A DNA stretch of 64,000 nt from Bacteroidota bacterium (GTDB lineage Bacteria; Bacteroidota; Bacteroidia; NS11-12g; UBA9320): the NCBI GenBank assembly GCA_013359235.1, contig JABWCE010000016.1:733-64732 (forward strand), in the 5' to 3' direction. The notes under the pieces are model-generated. The model was not told the DNA's origin. It worked only from the letters and a program-made list of their open reading frames with translations, and did not search any database. The translations under genes and the position numbers were made by a program. Positions 29,682 through 40,203 of this stretch are shown here, one piece after another (position 1 is the stretch's first letter; the number at the start of each line of letters is the position of its first letter).

Positions 29682-31256
29682 TTAATTAATATTAATAGCA
29701 ATTGGAGCTAATTTTTTAGTAATTCCACCAGGACCTTGAGCCATGATTTCATCAACCAAAATTTTATCACCTCTTTTTGCTCTTGTAATTGCACTCTTGA
29801 TTTGACCAGTGATAGATGCACCGGCACCGTTAAAAAACTCGGCTTGTCCACGACGTGGTACATAGGCACAAGCGTATTTTGTAACAACCCATCTAATACC
29901 TTCGAATACAAAATTAGGCATAGATGCAGTAATTGAGTTTTGACCCAATAATGCTGCTGCGGGGTAATTTCCACTTTCTAATGCACCAAACATTGATTCG
30001 GGTTTTGGTACATTTTTAATTCTATATTCCATAGAACCCATTCTTCTAACTGAACCATCTTTTACTTTTACCGAAGCAGTAATTGTGGCTTTTCCAGGAG
30101 TTGTAACTTTTGCTACCCATCCTTTGCCTGTTCTTGATAATGAACCACCTGATATTGTGGCAACAATATCGTTTGGAGTATATCCGGCTACTGCTATTGA
30201 AATTGGATTTTCAAGACCTATATATAATACATTCATAGCATCGGCAGAAATTGTAGCTGCTCCTTGAAATGCCTGATACTCTGCTTCAAATGGATATGTT
30301 ACAACACCTTCGGGTCCTTTTACCTGAATAGAACCACCCCATTTAAAAGTTCCTTGATTTGAAGGTCTTGCTGTATAAATACCTTTTCCATCTTCCATAG
30401 GTAATGTTCTTCCTCCTACTACTACAGGGTTTTCTGATTTTGAGTTTGATGCAACAAGTAAAACTTCTGCTTTATATTCAGAACCAACCATAACTGCAGT
30501 TGAATTTGCAATTACTTTTGCTTCCAACCTGTCAAAAGATACTTTTTTCTTATCAATATTTCGTGTTAAAGCATCAATAATATCTGCTTCTGTATTCCTG
30601 CAATCGTTTTGAATTTTAGTAAGCATTGTAATTACACTTGCCAAGGGGGAATGTTCAAAATACATTACAGCCCAACTTGGATATTTTTTTGAATCGTATT
30701 CAGTATTGAGATTTGTCAATGCCATTATCTTTTCTCTATCCTTAGGATCAACTTTTACACCATTACCATCTTTTAATAGATTCATTAATTTTTCTCGTGT
30801 ATTGTTAACCATATCAGTAAGTTCTTTGGCTTTTGCATCTTTAGGACTTTTGAAAAAATAATTAGCATGAAGTTCAATATTGTCTGCCATTGTTAATTCA
30901 GTTTCATTTGCAGTTTCACCTTTTTCAGGTTCTTTTCTGCCATCAGCCTTTTTAATAAGTGTAGTTTTTAACTCTTCAATGTATTTTACAAATTCACCTG
31001 AAACTTTTTTAACATCTAAAGCACGTTGATAATACGGACCAACCTCATCTTTTCTGTTGCTTGCTTGTTCTTGCAAGGCTTCAAGAATATTTTGGTTCTT
31101 TTTATCTACATTGCTGTTTGCTTGGTTAAAACTTATTTCCATCAGGTGAAAAGCTTTCAATATCTCTTTTGATACGTTTAATGCAAGCATCGCAGTTAAT
31201 ACGAGATACATCATATTAATCATTTTCTGCCTTGCCGATAGTTTTCCACTTGCCAT
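29682..31256 (-). CDS. gldM: Gliding motility / T9SS protein GldM (PorM)
   Basis: MASGKLSARQKMINMMYLVLTAMLALNVSKEIL, the canonical GldM N-terminus. Confidence 0.9.
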   Translation of the reverse strand: MASGKLSARQKMINMMYLVLTAMLALNVSKEILKAFHLMEISFNQANSNVDKKNQNILEALQEQASNRKDEVGPYYQRALDVKKVSGEFVKYIEELKTTLIKKADGRKEPEKGETANETELTMADNIELHANYFFKSPKDAKAKELTDMVNNTREKLMNLLKDGNGVKVDPKDREKIMALTNLNTEYDSKKYPSWAVMYFEHSPLASVITMLTKIQNDCRNTEADIIDALTRNIDKKKVSFDRLEAKVIANSTAVMVGSEYKAEVLLVASNSKSENPVVVGGRTLPMEDGKGIYTARPSNQGTFKWGGSIQVKGPEGVVTYPFEAEYQAFQGAATISADAMNVLYIGLENPISIAVAGYTPNDIVATISGGSLSRTGKGWVAKVTTPGKATITASVKVKDGSVRRMGSMEYRIKNVPKPESMFGALESGNYPAAALLGQNSITASMPNFVFEGIRWVVTKYACAYVPRRGQAEFFNGAGASITGQIKSAITRAKRGDKILVDEIMAQGPGGITKKLAPIAININ

Positions 31257-31306
31257 TTTCTCTTTTTTCTACGTTTTTATATTTTTTTTACTTTAAAAAA
31301 TTATAA

Positions 31307-31939
31307 TTATGGTCTCATTGCTGTAAGCATTCCACCATAAACTTTGTTCAATGCTGCAAGATTTCCTTGTAGATCATTGAATACCTGACCAACACCTGAC
31401 ATTTGACCTGAAACATTTTTCAATGATTCGGTTGAATCTGCTAAATTATTTAGTGCTTCTACTGTTCTTGCATAGGTTGAACTCATTGAACTCATACTAG
31501 CTGAAGCCTTTTGTATATTTTCTGCATATTCTTTTGTAGCAAGTGTTGCATTAGATAAATCAGCCATATTGCTAACATTAGAACTCAATGACTTAAGTCC
31601 TACGCCTAAACTTTCAACTAATTCCGGACCAATTTTAGCTTCAGCAAGCATTTTATCTAATTGCTGTGCAACCGGATCAGCTTTCTTTTTGGGTCCGCTG
31701 TCCATTCCTGCTAATTCAGGATAAACTAATGTCCAGTCAAGTTCCTGATGTACTGGTTCGAATGCTGAAATTGCAAATATAATTGCCTCAGTAGTCATAC
31801 CTAAAATCAAGAACTGATCTGCGAAATTCCAGTGCATAATTTTAAATAACGCACCGATAATCACAATTGAAGCTCCAAGTCCATAAGCCATTGATATGAA
31901 CTTTTTAAATCCTTTACTTTCGAATACACTTTTGCTCAT
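31307..31939 (-). CDS. gldL: Gliding motility / T9SS protein GldL (PorL)
   Basis: KFISMAYGLGASIVIIGALFKIMHW, the two N-terminal TM helices typical of GldL. Confidence 0.9.
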   Translation of the reverse strand: MSKSVFESKGFKKFISMAYGLGASIVIIGALFKIMHWNFADQFLILGMTTEAIIFAISAFEPVHQELDWTLVYPELAGMDSGPKKKADPVAQQLDKMLAEAKIGPELVESLGVGLKSLSSNVSNMADLSNATLATKEYAENIQKASASMSSMSSTYARTVEALNNLADSTESLKNVSGQMSGVGQVFNDLQGNLAALNKVYGGMLTAMRP

Positions 31940-31989
31940 GTTTGTACTTTTTTTTAAATTTTAAATTTGTTTTATTAATTATTTTTTTA

Positions 31990-33243
31990 TTATTTCTTGT
32001 CTAATGCCGAACGACCAATATATGTCTGCACACATCTAAAACCGATGTATGACTTACATGTATCTTGATACTCGTAAGTACGGCTACCATTCTGTATAAA
32101 ATATGCTATATCTTTCCAAGACCCACCTCTAATTACCTTTCTTTTCATTGTTATAGATTCGTCTTCTCTGGCGTCATATTGGTAATCGGGGTTCAAATCG
32201 TGTGAAAATTGATGTGTTGACTCTGAATAAGCATTAATTGTCCATTCTGCAACATTTCCAGCCATATTGTATAATCCGTAATCGTTAGGAAAATATGCAT
32301 CGGCTCTTACTGGATACATACCTCCATCGCCCATATAATCGCCTCTGTTAGGTTTAAAGTTTGCAAGAAAACAACCTTTGCTGTTTCTAGTGTATGGTCC
32401 GCCCCATGGATACATATTATTATCTCTATCTCCTCTTGCTGCGTATTCCCATTCAAATTCAGTTGGCAATCTAAATTCTTCTGTAATTGGCTGTCCAATT
32501 GATTCCCAATATCTGTTCAACCATTCTGTACGCCATTTACAAAAAGCTTTTGCTTGTTTCCAATTTACACCTACAACCGGATAATCATCATATTTTGGAT
32601 GCCAAAAATACTGTCTTGTCATAGGTTCATTATAGCTATATGCAAAATCTCTTATCCAGCATAATGTATCGGGATAAATTGGAACAGATTCTGTTTTTAC
32701 GAATGCACTGCGTTTTTTTGTTCCTTTTTGTGTAGCTGCTGCATCTCGGTAATCTATCCATTGATATGTAAAAATAAGTTTATCAGTATCATATTGTTTT
32801 TTATGTCTAAATCTTTCACCTGGTGTATAATACATTTGGTCAAGGTCTTCATTTTTATAATCAATTTTCTTTTTGTAATCTAAAATCACATAATTATCAC
32901 CGGCATTTTCAATTTCTTGTGTTAGTTCAGTTATTGTTCTAGCCAATGAATCTATTACATAATATACAAACTGACGATATTCGTTGTTTGTAATTTCGGT
33001 TTCATCTACCCACATTGCATGAATAGAAACTTGTTTGTTTGGTGCAATGTATGAACGGAAAATATCCTGATCACTTTGTCCTGTATGAAATGTACCGGTT
33101 TTAACATATACTGTTCCATAAGGCTGTGGATGAAACCATGGTTTACGTCCCGGAACTCCGGTGAGTTCGCCTCTGTTGTGATTCATACAACTTCCCATAA
33201 ACATCAAACCTACGATTGTAAGAATTTTTGCTATTCTTCTCAT
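31990..33243 (-). CDS. gldK: Gliding motility / T9SS lipoprotein GldK (PorK), FGE-sulfatase fold
   Basis: Lipoprotein signal ...MFMGSC, with GNVAEW and RGGSW motifs of the formylglycine-generating-enzyme family. Confidence 0.9.
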   Translation of the reverse strand: MRRIAKILTIVGLMFMGSCMNHNRGELTGVPGRKPWFHPQPYGTVYVKTGTFHTGQSDQDIFRSYIAPNKQVSIHAMWVDETEITNNEYRQFVYYVIDSLARTITELTQEIENAGDNYVILDYKKKIDYKNEDLDQMYYTPGERFRHKKQYDTDKLIFTYQWIDYRDAAATQKGTKKRSAFVKTESVPIYPDTLCWIRDFAYSYNEPMTRQYFWHPKYDDYPVVGVNWKQAKAFCKWRTEWLNRYWESIGQPITEEFRLPTEFEWEYAARGDRDNNMYPWGGPYTRNSKGCFLANFKPNRGDYMGDGGMYPVRADAYFPNDYGLYNMAGNVAEWTINAYSESTHQFSHDLNPDYQYDAREDESITMKRKVIRGGSWKDIAYFIQNGSRTYEYQDTCKSYIGFRCVQTYIGRSALDKK

Positions 33244-33385
33244 TGCTACTATGGTTTTATTTTTTTTTGAACTTGCAATAATAATTTATTTAATTTTAAA
33301 AACAAGACTATTATTTTAAAAATTTCCTTTTATTAACGACCTTTGTTTTGTATTTATTGTGCATTTTAATATTTTTTATAAAAAA

Positions 33386-34465
33386 TTAATATGCTCCCTT
33401 TCCTAAAAATCTTGGCGAAAGCCTGAAAATTTTCTCTGGTGGAGGTGGAAACGATATAGGAATACAATACTTTGCAAATAGTTCATGAGTGCCATCACTT
33501 ACTCTTCTAACTCCTGAAAGTGTTATATCATACGAATATCCTATTTGAATATTCCATTTTTCGTAGCCTACTATTAAAGATATTGCATCTGCCATTGACC
33601 TGTATGCCAAACCGCAACGCAATGAATTGGCATATAGTGCAGTTGTACTCAAATCTATCTGTAGTTTTGGATTGTATTTAACTAATATTGCAGGCTCAAG
33701 TTTCCAATTTTTGTTTGCCATCATGTAATCACCACCTGCAGATAAATATAAATATCTGACAAAATCCATATCTACTCCCCTGTTTCCGTTATCAGCCATT
33801 GTAACTGTAAATTGATATTTTGCTGCGTTTAGATGATTGTAGGCTGCTCCTACCCAAAAGTCCTGAATTTTATTTAAAAATGTTTTTTGATGATACATAA
33901 TGCCAACGCCTAAATCTAAATTTGATGCGTTGCCACCTGTTATTGGTATATTTTTATCTCCGGGATCGATATATTTGAATTTTGGGTCATCATAACCAAA
34001 TGAAGTAGAACCTACTTCTACACCTACCGAAATAAAATTAAAATTTCCCTGAAGTGTTTTTTTGTAATTCACTTGTCCTTTCATTGTGGTGGTTTTCATA
34101 AACCCAACTTTATCATCGAGGAGTGTGAATCCAATACCTACTTTATTTCTTCCTCTTTTATCAATATTTAATAGTGTGTTTATATTTAGATTATGTGTTT
34201 CGGGAGCAACGTTTTTTACAACTTGGGGGTTGTTTCCAATTTCAGTTCCTCTTACAAAAGTTTCGTCATCATAATGCCTGTATTGGAAGTGGGTGAGTGC
34301 CGTTATACAAATATTATCAACTTTTACACCGGCAACTGCAGGATTGTATGCCTGATTGTTAAACCTGAAATGTGTATAGTAAGGATCATGCTGTGCTTGT
34401 AAATACAAGCCTCCTGATATAAAACTTACTATTAAAACTGTTTTTAAAATGTAGTTCTTTGCCAT
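33386..34465 (-). CDS. T9SS outer-membrane protein PorP/SprF family
   Basis: LQAQHDPYYTHFRFNNQAYNPAVAG N-terminus and a beta-barrel C-terminus, directly upstream of gldK. Confidence 0.85.
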   Translation of the reverse strand: MAKNYILKTVLIVSFISGGLYLQAQHDPYYTHFRFNNQAYNPAVAGVKVDNICITALTHFQYRHYDDETFVRGTEIGNNPQVVKNVAPETHNLNINTLLNIDKRGRNKVGIGFTLLDDKVGFMKTTTMKGQVNYKKTLQGNFNFISVGVEVGSTSFGYDDPKFKYIDPGDKNIPITGGNASNLDLGVGIMYHQKTFLNKIQDFWVGAAYNHLNAAKYQFTVTMADNGNRGVDMDFVRYLYLSAGGDYMMANKNWKLEPAILVKYNPKLQIDLSTTALYANSLRCGLAYRSMADAISLIVGYEKWNIQIGYSYDITLSGVRRVSDGTHELFAKYCIPISFPPPPEKIFRLSPRFLGKGAY

Positions 34466-34545
34466 AGTCGGGTATGAATTACAAATGTGGGAAATCTATT
34501 TTTACTATGCAAGTATTTTATTATGATTTTTTTAAAAGTTTTTTT

Positions 34546-37044
34546 TCATTTCAATTTTAAGATAAATCTCAGGTTTATTCTTCTGCCCGTAAGGTAATTT
34601 GGCACTCCATAAGTTACATTGTTTATATCTTTTACCCAAATGTATGAAACTGTGTTGTTAAACTGAAGTAAATTAAAAATTTCAACACTCATCCAAAATG
34701 TTTCAATATGTTTGAATTTTTCTGATGGTTTAGCATACCCTCCTATTATTTCTTTCGAAAAACCTATGTCAACCCTGCGGTATGGTGGTATTGTATTTGG
34801 CTGGTTGGTATAGCGGTTTATCCCCGTAAAATAGTATGGCATACGGCTACCGAATACAAGTCCAAGGTGCATTTTATATGTTTTATCCATTTTAAGTTCA
34901 TCGGCAAAAAGTATTGAAAAATTCACTCTTTGGTCGGTAGGTCTTCTTATATAACCTGTTTGTGTAGTTTCACCTTTTTCATTTATATAGGCTATGTTTT
35001 CTCTTATTTGCAATAATGATAAGTTGAGCCAAGACTCTAATCCTGAAATAAATTCACCATTTATCCTTGTATCAATGCCGGTAGCATAACCTTTGGCACT
35101 ATTTTCACCGTAATACCTTATTCTCACATTATCTATATAATATGGAACAAGGTTTTTCAGGTCTTTGTAAAAAATTTCGCTTACTAGTTTGAATGGTCGG
35201 TTCCATGCTTTAAAATTCAAATCGTAGCAAATTACAAAGTGCATACTTCTCTGCGATTTTATTTTGGTATTTATACTACCATCAGGTTTACGCATTTCTC
35301 TGTAAAAAGGCTGCTGATAGTAAATCCCCCACGAAAATTTCAACATATAATCTCGTTTTTTCAATGTATCAAAAGCAATTATATCTTTAGCTTTTTTAAG
35401 TAATGTATCATTGTATTTTTTATTTGGTTCGAATGATAAAGTAATTCTTGGGCTAATAATATTTTCGTTATTAAAATTCCAGTATTGATGCCTTATCCCG
35501 GCATTTAATCTCAAATTGTTATTTTTCTTTAATACAATATTGTTTTGAGCAAACGAGCTAATTCTATAACTTTCTACATTGTTAGTTGCTTTAATTCTAT
35601 TGTCTAAAATAATTTCATTGCCATTTTTTCTACCAATTGCAATGTTATGTCCGGCAGAGTCGTTGTATTTCCATTCGTTTAAATAATCTTCAATTTCCTC
35701 ATGTTGAAATCTTGCACCTGTTGTCCAATTTGAATTTTCTGTTGTTTTACTGAATAAAATTCTATTATTATAAATTTCAGCCTTTAATTCGTTTCTGGCA
35801 TTATTAATAAAATAGCCTACACCAAGCATTCTTTTTTCTTTTCCAATATTTTCTGAGCCAAGATTATTGTCTAATTCATATAATCCATAAGCACCTTCGG
35901 TAGTATTTTTTTCGGTTTCGGTGGTTGTATAATGCGAAGTTATAACTTTAAGATTTGTATTATTATTGGGTTTATACTGGAAAGTAAGTCCGTTTAGCAC
36001 TACAAAATATTTCATTTCTTCAAGCCCTCCCATATAAATGTTTAATTTTAAAGGTGTGTTTACTGTGCCAAAAGAAGTTTGTCTATCAGACGGAACCAGC
36101 AAAAACCTATTATAAGCAAAATTAGAAAGCCATGAAACGCTTGTTGATTTTGAAAATCTAAACTTTATTAATGATTGAATATCGGCATTCAGCGGTTTAT
36201 AATCGCCATTTTCGTCAAGGGAATTAAACAAAAATCTATTACTTCTGTAGCGTGCCCCAATTATAAAACTAAATCTTTTGTTTTTGGTTTGATTGCCAAT
36301 TGTCAAATCTGTCCCCAAAAAACTGGCTCTTACTGTTGCTTCTTTACTTCGCGGTGTTTTATATAAAATATCGAGTACACTGCTTAATTTATCGCCATAT
36401 CTTGCTTCAAAACCACCGCTCGAAAATGAAATTCGTTCAACCATTTCGGGATTAATAATACTTAAACCTTCTTGTTGCCCGGCTCTAATTATAAACGGAC
36501 GATAAACTTCTATATCATTAATATAAACGAGGTTTTCGTCGTAATTTCCGCCTCTTACATTATATCCCGAACTAAGTTCGTTATTTGAGGCTGCACCAAA
36601 AAATTTAAGAAATGATTCTACAGTTCCGGTAACTGACGGAAATCTTTCAAGTTTTTTTGCTTCAATATTTATTGTGCTTATCAAATTTCTGTCTTTTTCG
36701 CCATATTTTGTTATTTCGTCTATATCTTGGGCTACGTTTAGTTTTTGGTTTAAAATAAAATTTTCGTTTTTTTTAAGTTTAGAAACTTTATGTGATTGGC
36801 GGTTTTGAAGAAAACTGAAAATAATAATGAGGTTTTGTTCCGATGGTACTTTTAGTTTATAAAAACCATTTTTATCCGAAAAAGTAAAATGCAACTGGTC
36901 ATCAGTAAATATTGAAACATCGGATAGCGGATTGTTTAATGAATCGCTTATTATTCCTGATATATATGATTGCGAAAAGCCCTTGTGAAAGGTAAATACA
37001 ACTATTATTAATATGTATAGTTTAAGATTTCTAATTTTTTTTAT
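34546..37044 (-). CDS. TonB-dependent-receptor-like outer membrane protein with CarboxypepD_reg N-domain (non-canonical start)
   Basis: The ORF track starts at 36894 (TTG). The same frame stays open 50 codons further up and encodes a signal peptide plus a carboxypeptidase-regulatory-like strand: (ATA)KKIRNLKLYILIIVVFTFHKGFSQSYISGIISDSLNNPLSDVSIF. No ATG/GTG/TTG is available there. Confidence 0.7.
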   Translation of the reverse strand: MKKIRNLKLYILIIVVFTFHKGFSQSYISGIISDSLNNPLSDVSIFTDDQLHFTFSDKNGFYKLKVPSEQNLIIIFSFLQNRQSHKVSKLKKNENFILNQKLNVAQDIDEITKYGEKDRNLISTINIEAKKLERFPSVTGTVESFLKFFGAASNNELSSGYNVRGGNYDENLVYINDIEVYRPFIIRAGQQEGLSIINPEMVERISFSSGGFEARYGDKLSSVLDILYKTPRSKEATVRASFLGTDLTIGNQTKNKRFSFIIGARYRSNRFLFNSLDENGDYKPLNADIQSLIKFRFSKSTSVSWLSNFAYNRFLLVPSDRQTSFGTVNTPLKLNIYMGGLEEMKYFVVLNGLTFQYKPNNNTNLKVITSHYTTTETEKNTTEGAYGLYELDNNLGSENIGKEKRMLGVGYFINNARNELKAEIYNNRILFSKTTENSNWTTGARFQHEEIEDYLNEWKYNDSAGHNIAIGRKNGNEIILDNRIKATNNVESYRISSFAQNNIVLKKNNNLRLNAGIRHQYWNFNNENIISPRITLSFEPNKKYNDTLLKKAKDIIAFDTLKKRDYMLKFSWGIYYQQPFYREMRKPDGSINTKIKSQRSMHFVICYDLNFKAWNRPFKLVSEIFYKDLKNLVPYYIDNVRIRYYGENSAKGYATGIDTRINGEFISGLESWLNLSLLQIRENIAYINEKGETTQTGYIRRPTDQRVNFSILFADELKMDKTYKMHLGLVFGSRMPYYFTGINRYTNQPNTIPPYRRVDIGFSKEIIGGYAKPSEKFKHIETFWMSVEIFNLLQFNNTVSYIWVKDINNVTYGVPNYLTGRRINLRFILKLK

Positions 37045-37078
37045 TTTTTTTTTAATTTAAAACCAAAATTTTTAAAAT

Positions 37079-37729
37079 TTATTGCTTTAGAATTTTTATG
37101 GTTTCTATCGGGTTTTCTGAAGAAAATACTGTGTTTCCGGCAACCAATACATTTGCTCCTGCGTTTATCAATTTTTTATAATTTTCAATTGTTACTCCTC
37201 CATCTATTTCTATCATAAGCTCAATATTGTGCAATGATGACATTATTTTAAGTTCTTCAATTTTACAATATGTATTTTCAATAAACTTTTGCCCTCCAAA
37301 ACCAGGATTTACACTCATTACACAAACCAAATCAATGTCTTTTATTATTTCTTTTAATGCTGCAACAGGTGTATGAGGATTAATGGCTACACCCGCTTTC
37401 ATTCCATTTTCTTTAATTTCATAAATTGTACGATGCAGATGTACACAAGCTTCGGCATGTACTGTCAAAATACTTGCACCTGCATTTTTAAATTCGGTTA
37501 TGTATTTCTCAGGGTTTACAATCATAAGATGAACATCGAGTGGTTTTTCGGCATATTTTTTTATTGCTTTAACTATTGGCAACCCCAGCGAAATATTAGG
37601 AACAAAAACTCCGTCCATCACATCAACATGTATAAAGTCGGCTTGGCTTGTGTTTATCATTTTTATATCACGCCCAAGATTGGCAAAATCAGCCGAAAGT
37701 ATAGAAGGTGCTATTTTATGTGTCATCAC
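37079..37729 (-). CDS. rpe: Ribulose-phosphate 3-epimerase
   Basis: APSILSADF, HVDVMDG, and MSVNPGFGGQKF. Confidence 0.95.
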   Translation of the reverse strand: MMTHKIAPSILSADFANLGRDIKMINTSQADFIHVDVMDGVFVPNISLGLPIVKAIKKYAEKPLDVHLMIVNPEKYITEFKNAGASILTVHAEACVHLHRTIYEIKENGMKAGVAINPHTPVAALKEIIKDIDLVCVMSVNPGFGGQKFIENTYCKIEELKIMSSLHNIELMIEIDGGVTIENYKKLINAGANVLVAGNTVFSSENPIETIKILKQ

Positions 37730-38013
37730 ATTATATGAATTTCTTTTACTACTTGTTTTTTAAAATATGAATTGATTTTTTCTAAAATTATACTTTTATG
37801 GAATGTAAGTTCATTTTTCAATGGTGCCGATTCTACAAATATCTTTAATGTACTGCCTTTTAATTGAAGTTTTTTGGTATTTTTGGCTATAACAGTTCCA
37901 ACAATTTCTGCCCAATTGTTCCAAATTTTTAGTTCATCAATTTTGCCTGTGAGCCTATAAGTGCTCATCATTTCATTGATAATACTTTTTATTGGTTGTT
38001 CATCGTTCGACAT
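37726..38013 (-). CDS. DUF721-domain protein
   Basis: 95 aa, immediately downstream of recF as in many bacteria, with W..IVG...A.....L..G.L.I.V.S.....EL. Confidence 0.7.
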   Translation of the reverse strand: MSNDEQPIKSIINEMMSTYRLTGKIDELKIWNNWAEIVGTVIAKNTKKLQLKGSTLKIFVESAPLKNELTFHKSIILEKINSYFKKQVVKEIHIM

Positions 38014-38088
38014 TTTTTACAAAATTCAAACCAACAAGTTTTTTTTAAAATTACATAAAAAAGTTATACAAAACATTTCAATATTACA

Positions 38089-39165
38089 TTATAGTTCTGT
38101 TATTTTAATATTATTTACTCTCTTAAAAATTTCTTCAACTCTATTTTTGCTTGTATCAGTAATAAATACCTGTCCTATTGATTTTCCTTCTAAAATCTGG
38201 ATGAGTTTTTCTGTTCTGTCATTGTCTATTTTTTCAAAAATATCATCTAAAAGCAAAATGGGTTTAATAGCTTTCTTTTCATAAATCAAATCGTACATGG
38301 CCATTTTTAGTGAAATAAGATAAGTTTTTATCTGCCCTTGCGAACCTGTTTTTTTCAAAGTCATATTATTCAACTCAAAAACCCAATCGTCTCTGTGTAT
38401 CCCAAAACTTGTTCTGCCCAATATCCTGTCTTTGCTGTTGCTTTGTTTCAATCCATCTTTAAAATCTACATTTTGCAAACCGCTTGTGTATGTAAATTGT
38501 ATTTTATCTTTTCCATTATTTAAAAAATCATACGATTTTTCAAAGAAATCTTTAAATTCATTAGTCAATACTGTTCTTATATTAAAAATAAAGTTGCCAT
38601 ATTTCTCAAGCAAATTATCATAATATTCAATAATTACTTCATCATAAATGTTTTTTTCGATAAATAATTTCAATTGTCGGTTGCGGTTTTCCAAAGCTTT
38701 TTGATACAAAACAAGGTTTTGCAAATAATCACGGTCTATTACCGAAAATAGATAATCAAAAAAAATTCGACGATTTTCACTATCTCCGTTAATAATTTCA
38801 ATATCACCAGGAGCTATCATTACACAAGGAAATTTTCCGAAATATGCAGCTATTTTTTCAAAAGGTTTTTCATCGCATTTTATAACTTTTCGTTTGCCTT
38901 GTTGAAATGAAACTTGCAACTTAACAGAATTTGTGCTGTTAGTTATATTTCCTTTAAGCATAAAAAAATTTTCACCTTGCTTTATACAAATATTATCGGG
39001 GGTAAGAAAATAAGATTTACCATTTAGCAAAACATAAACCGCATCTAATATATTGGTTTTCCCAATGCCGTTTTTACCACAAAAAATATTAATTCCATTT
39101 TCAATCTCCAAGTATAGTTGCTCGTGACTTTTAAATTGATTTATAGAAATGTTTTTTAAAAACAA
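38089..39165 (-). CDS. recF: DNA replication and repair protein RecF
   Basis: Walker A GKNGIGKTNILDA and a C-terminal LLLDDIFEKID signature/Walker B region. Confidence 0.9.
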   Translation of the reverse strand: MFLKNISINQFKSHEQLYLEIENGINIFCGKNGIGKTNILDAVYVLLNGKSYFLTPDNICIKQGENFFMLKGNITNSTNSVKLQVSFQQGKRKVIKCDEKPFEKIAAYFGKFPCVMIAPGDIEIINGDSENRRIFFDYLFSVIDRDYLQNLVLYQKALENRNRQLKLFIEKNIYDEVIIEYYDNLLEKYGNFIFNIRTVLTNEFKDFFEKSYDFLNNGKDKIQFTYTSGLQNVDFKDGLKQSNSKDRILGRTSFGIHRDDWVFELNNMTLKKTGSQGQIKTYLISLKMAMYDLIYEKKAIKPILLLDDIFEKIDNDRTEKLIQILEGKSIGQVFITDTSKNRVEEIFKRVNNIKITEL

Positions 39166-39204
39166 CGGACTTTTATATTTTTGCGGCTTGCTTAAAAAAA
39201 AATA

Positions 39205-40197
39205 ATGGCAAATTTAAGCTTTAACAAAGAGAATTATTTAAAATGGTTTGAAGAAATGACCATGATGCGAAAATTCGAAGAAAAAACAGCTCAAATGTAT
39301 GGGTTGCAAAAAATTCGCGGATTTTGTCATCTGTATATCGGTCAAGAAGCCGTAATAAGCGGAACCATGAGTGCTCTTGATAAAGATGATAAAATAATAA
39401 CAGCATACCGCGACCACGCACATGCTTTGGCTTGCGGTATAAGTGCCAACGAAATAATGGCTGAACTTTTTGGGAAAGCAACAGGTTGCAGCAAAGGTAA
39501 AGGTGGAAGTATGCACATTTTCAGCAAAGAGCATAATTTTTTTGGCGGACACGGTATTGTAGGCGGGCAAATACCACTTGGTGCAGGTATTGCATTTGCA
39601 GAACAGTACAAAGGAACAAAAAATATTTGTGTTTGCTTTTTTGGCGATGGGGCTTCACGACAGGGGGCACTTTACGAAACCTTTAATATGGCTATGCTTT
39701 GGAAACTTCCAGTTATATTTGTATGCGAAAACAACGAATATGCAATGGGTACATCAGTAGAACGCTCAACAAATGTTTACGATATTTATAAAATAGGCAA
39801 CGCTTTTGATATGCCTACTTTTCAGGTTGATGGCATGAATTGTGAAACCGTGCATACTGCCGTAGCCCAAGCTGCAAAAAGGGCAAGAAAAGGTGATGGT
39901 CCCACATTTTTAGAAATAAAAACTTACCGATATCGCGGTCATAGCATGAGTGACCCGGCTAAATACCGCACCAAAGAAGAACTTGAGGAATACAAACAGC
40001 AAGACCCAATTGAAAAAATAAGAAAAAAAATAATAGACAACAATTGGGCTACAGAAAACGAACTGGTAAAAATTGAAGAAAACATTGAAAAAACAGTAAA
40101 CGAATCGGTTGAATTTGCCGAAAACTCTCCATATCCCGAAGCCGAAGAACTATATAAAGACGTATATAAAGAAGAATATCCATTTATTTTAGAATAA
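39205..40197 (+). CDS. pdhA: Pyruvate dehydrogenase E1 component alpha subunit
   Basis: GFCHLYIGQEA, the GDGA..QG TPP-binding motif, and YRYRGHSMSDP. Confidence 0.9.
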   Translation: MANLSFNKENYLKWFEEMTMMRKFEEKTAQMYGLQKIRGFCHLYIGQEAVISGTMSALDKDDKIITAYRDHAHALACGISANEIMAELFGKATGCSKGKGGSMHIFSKEHNFFGGHGIVGGQIPLGAGIAFAEQYKGTKNICVCFFGDGASRQGALYETFNMAMLWKLPVIFVCENNEYAMGTSVERSTNVYDIYKIGNAFDMPTFQVDGMNCETVHTAVAQAAKRARKGDGPTFLEIKTYRYRGHSMSDPAKYRTKEELEEYKQQDPIEKIRKKIIDNNWATENELVKIEENIEKTVNESVEFAENSPYPEAEELYKDVYKEEYPFILE

Positions 40198-40203
40198 TAT
40201 AAA

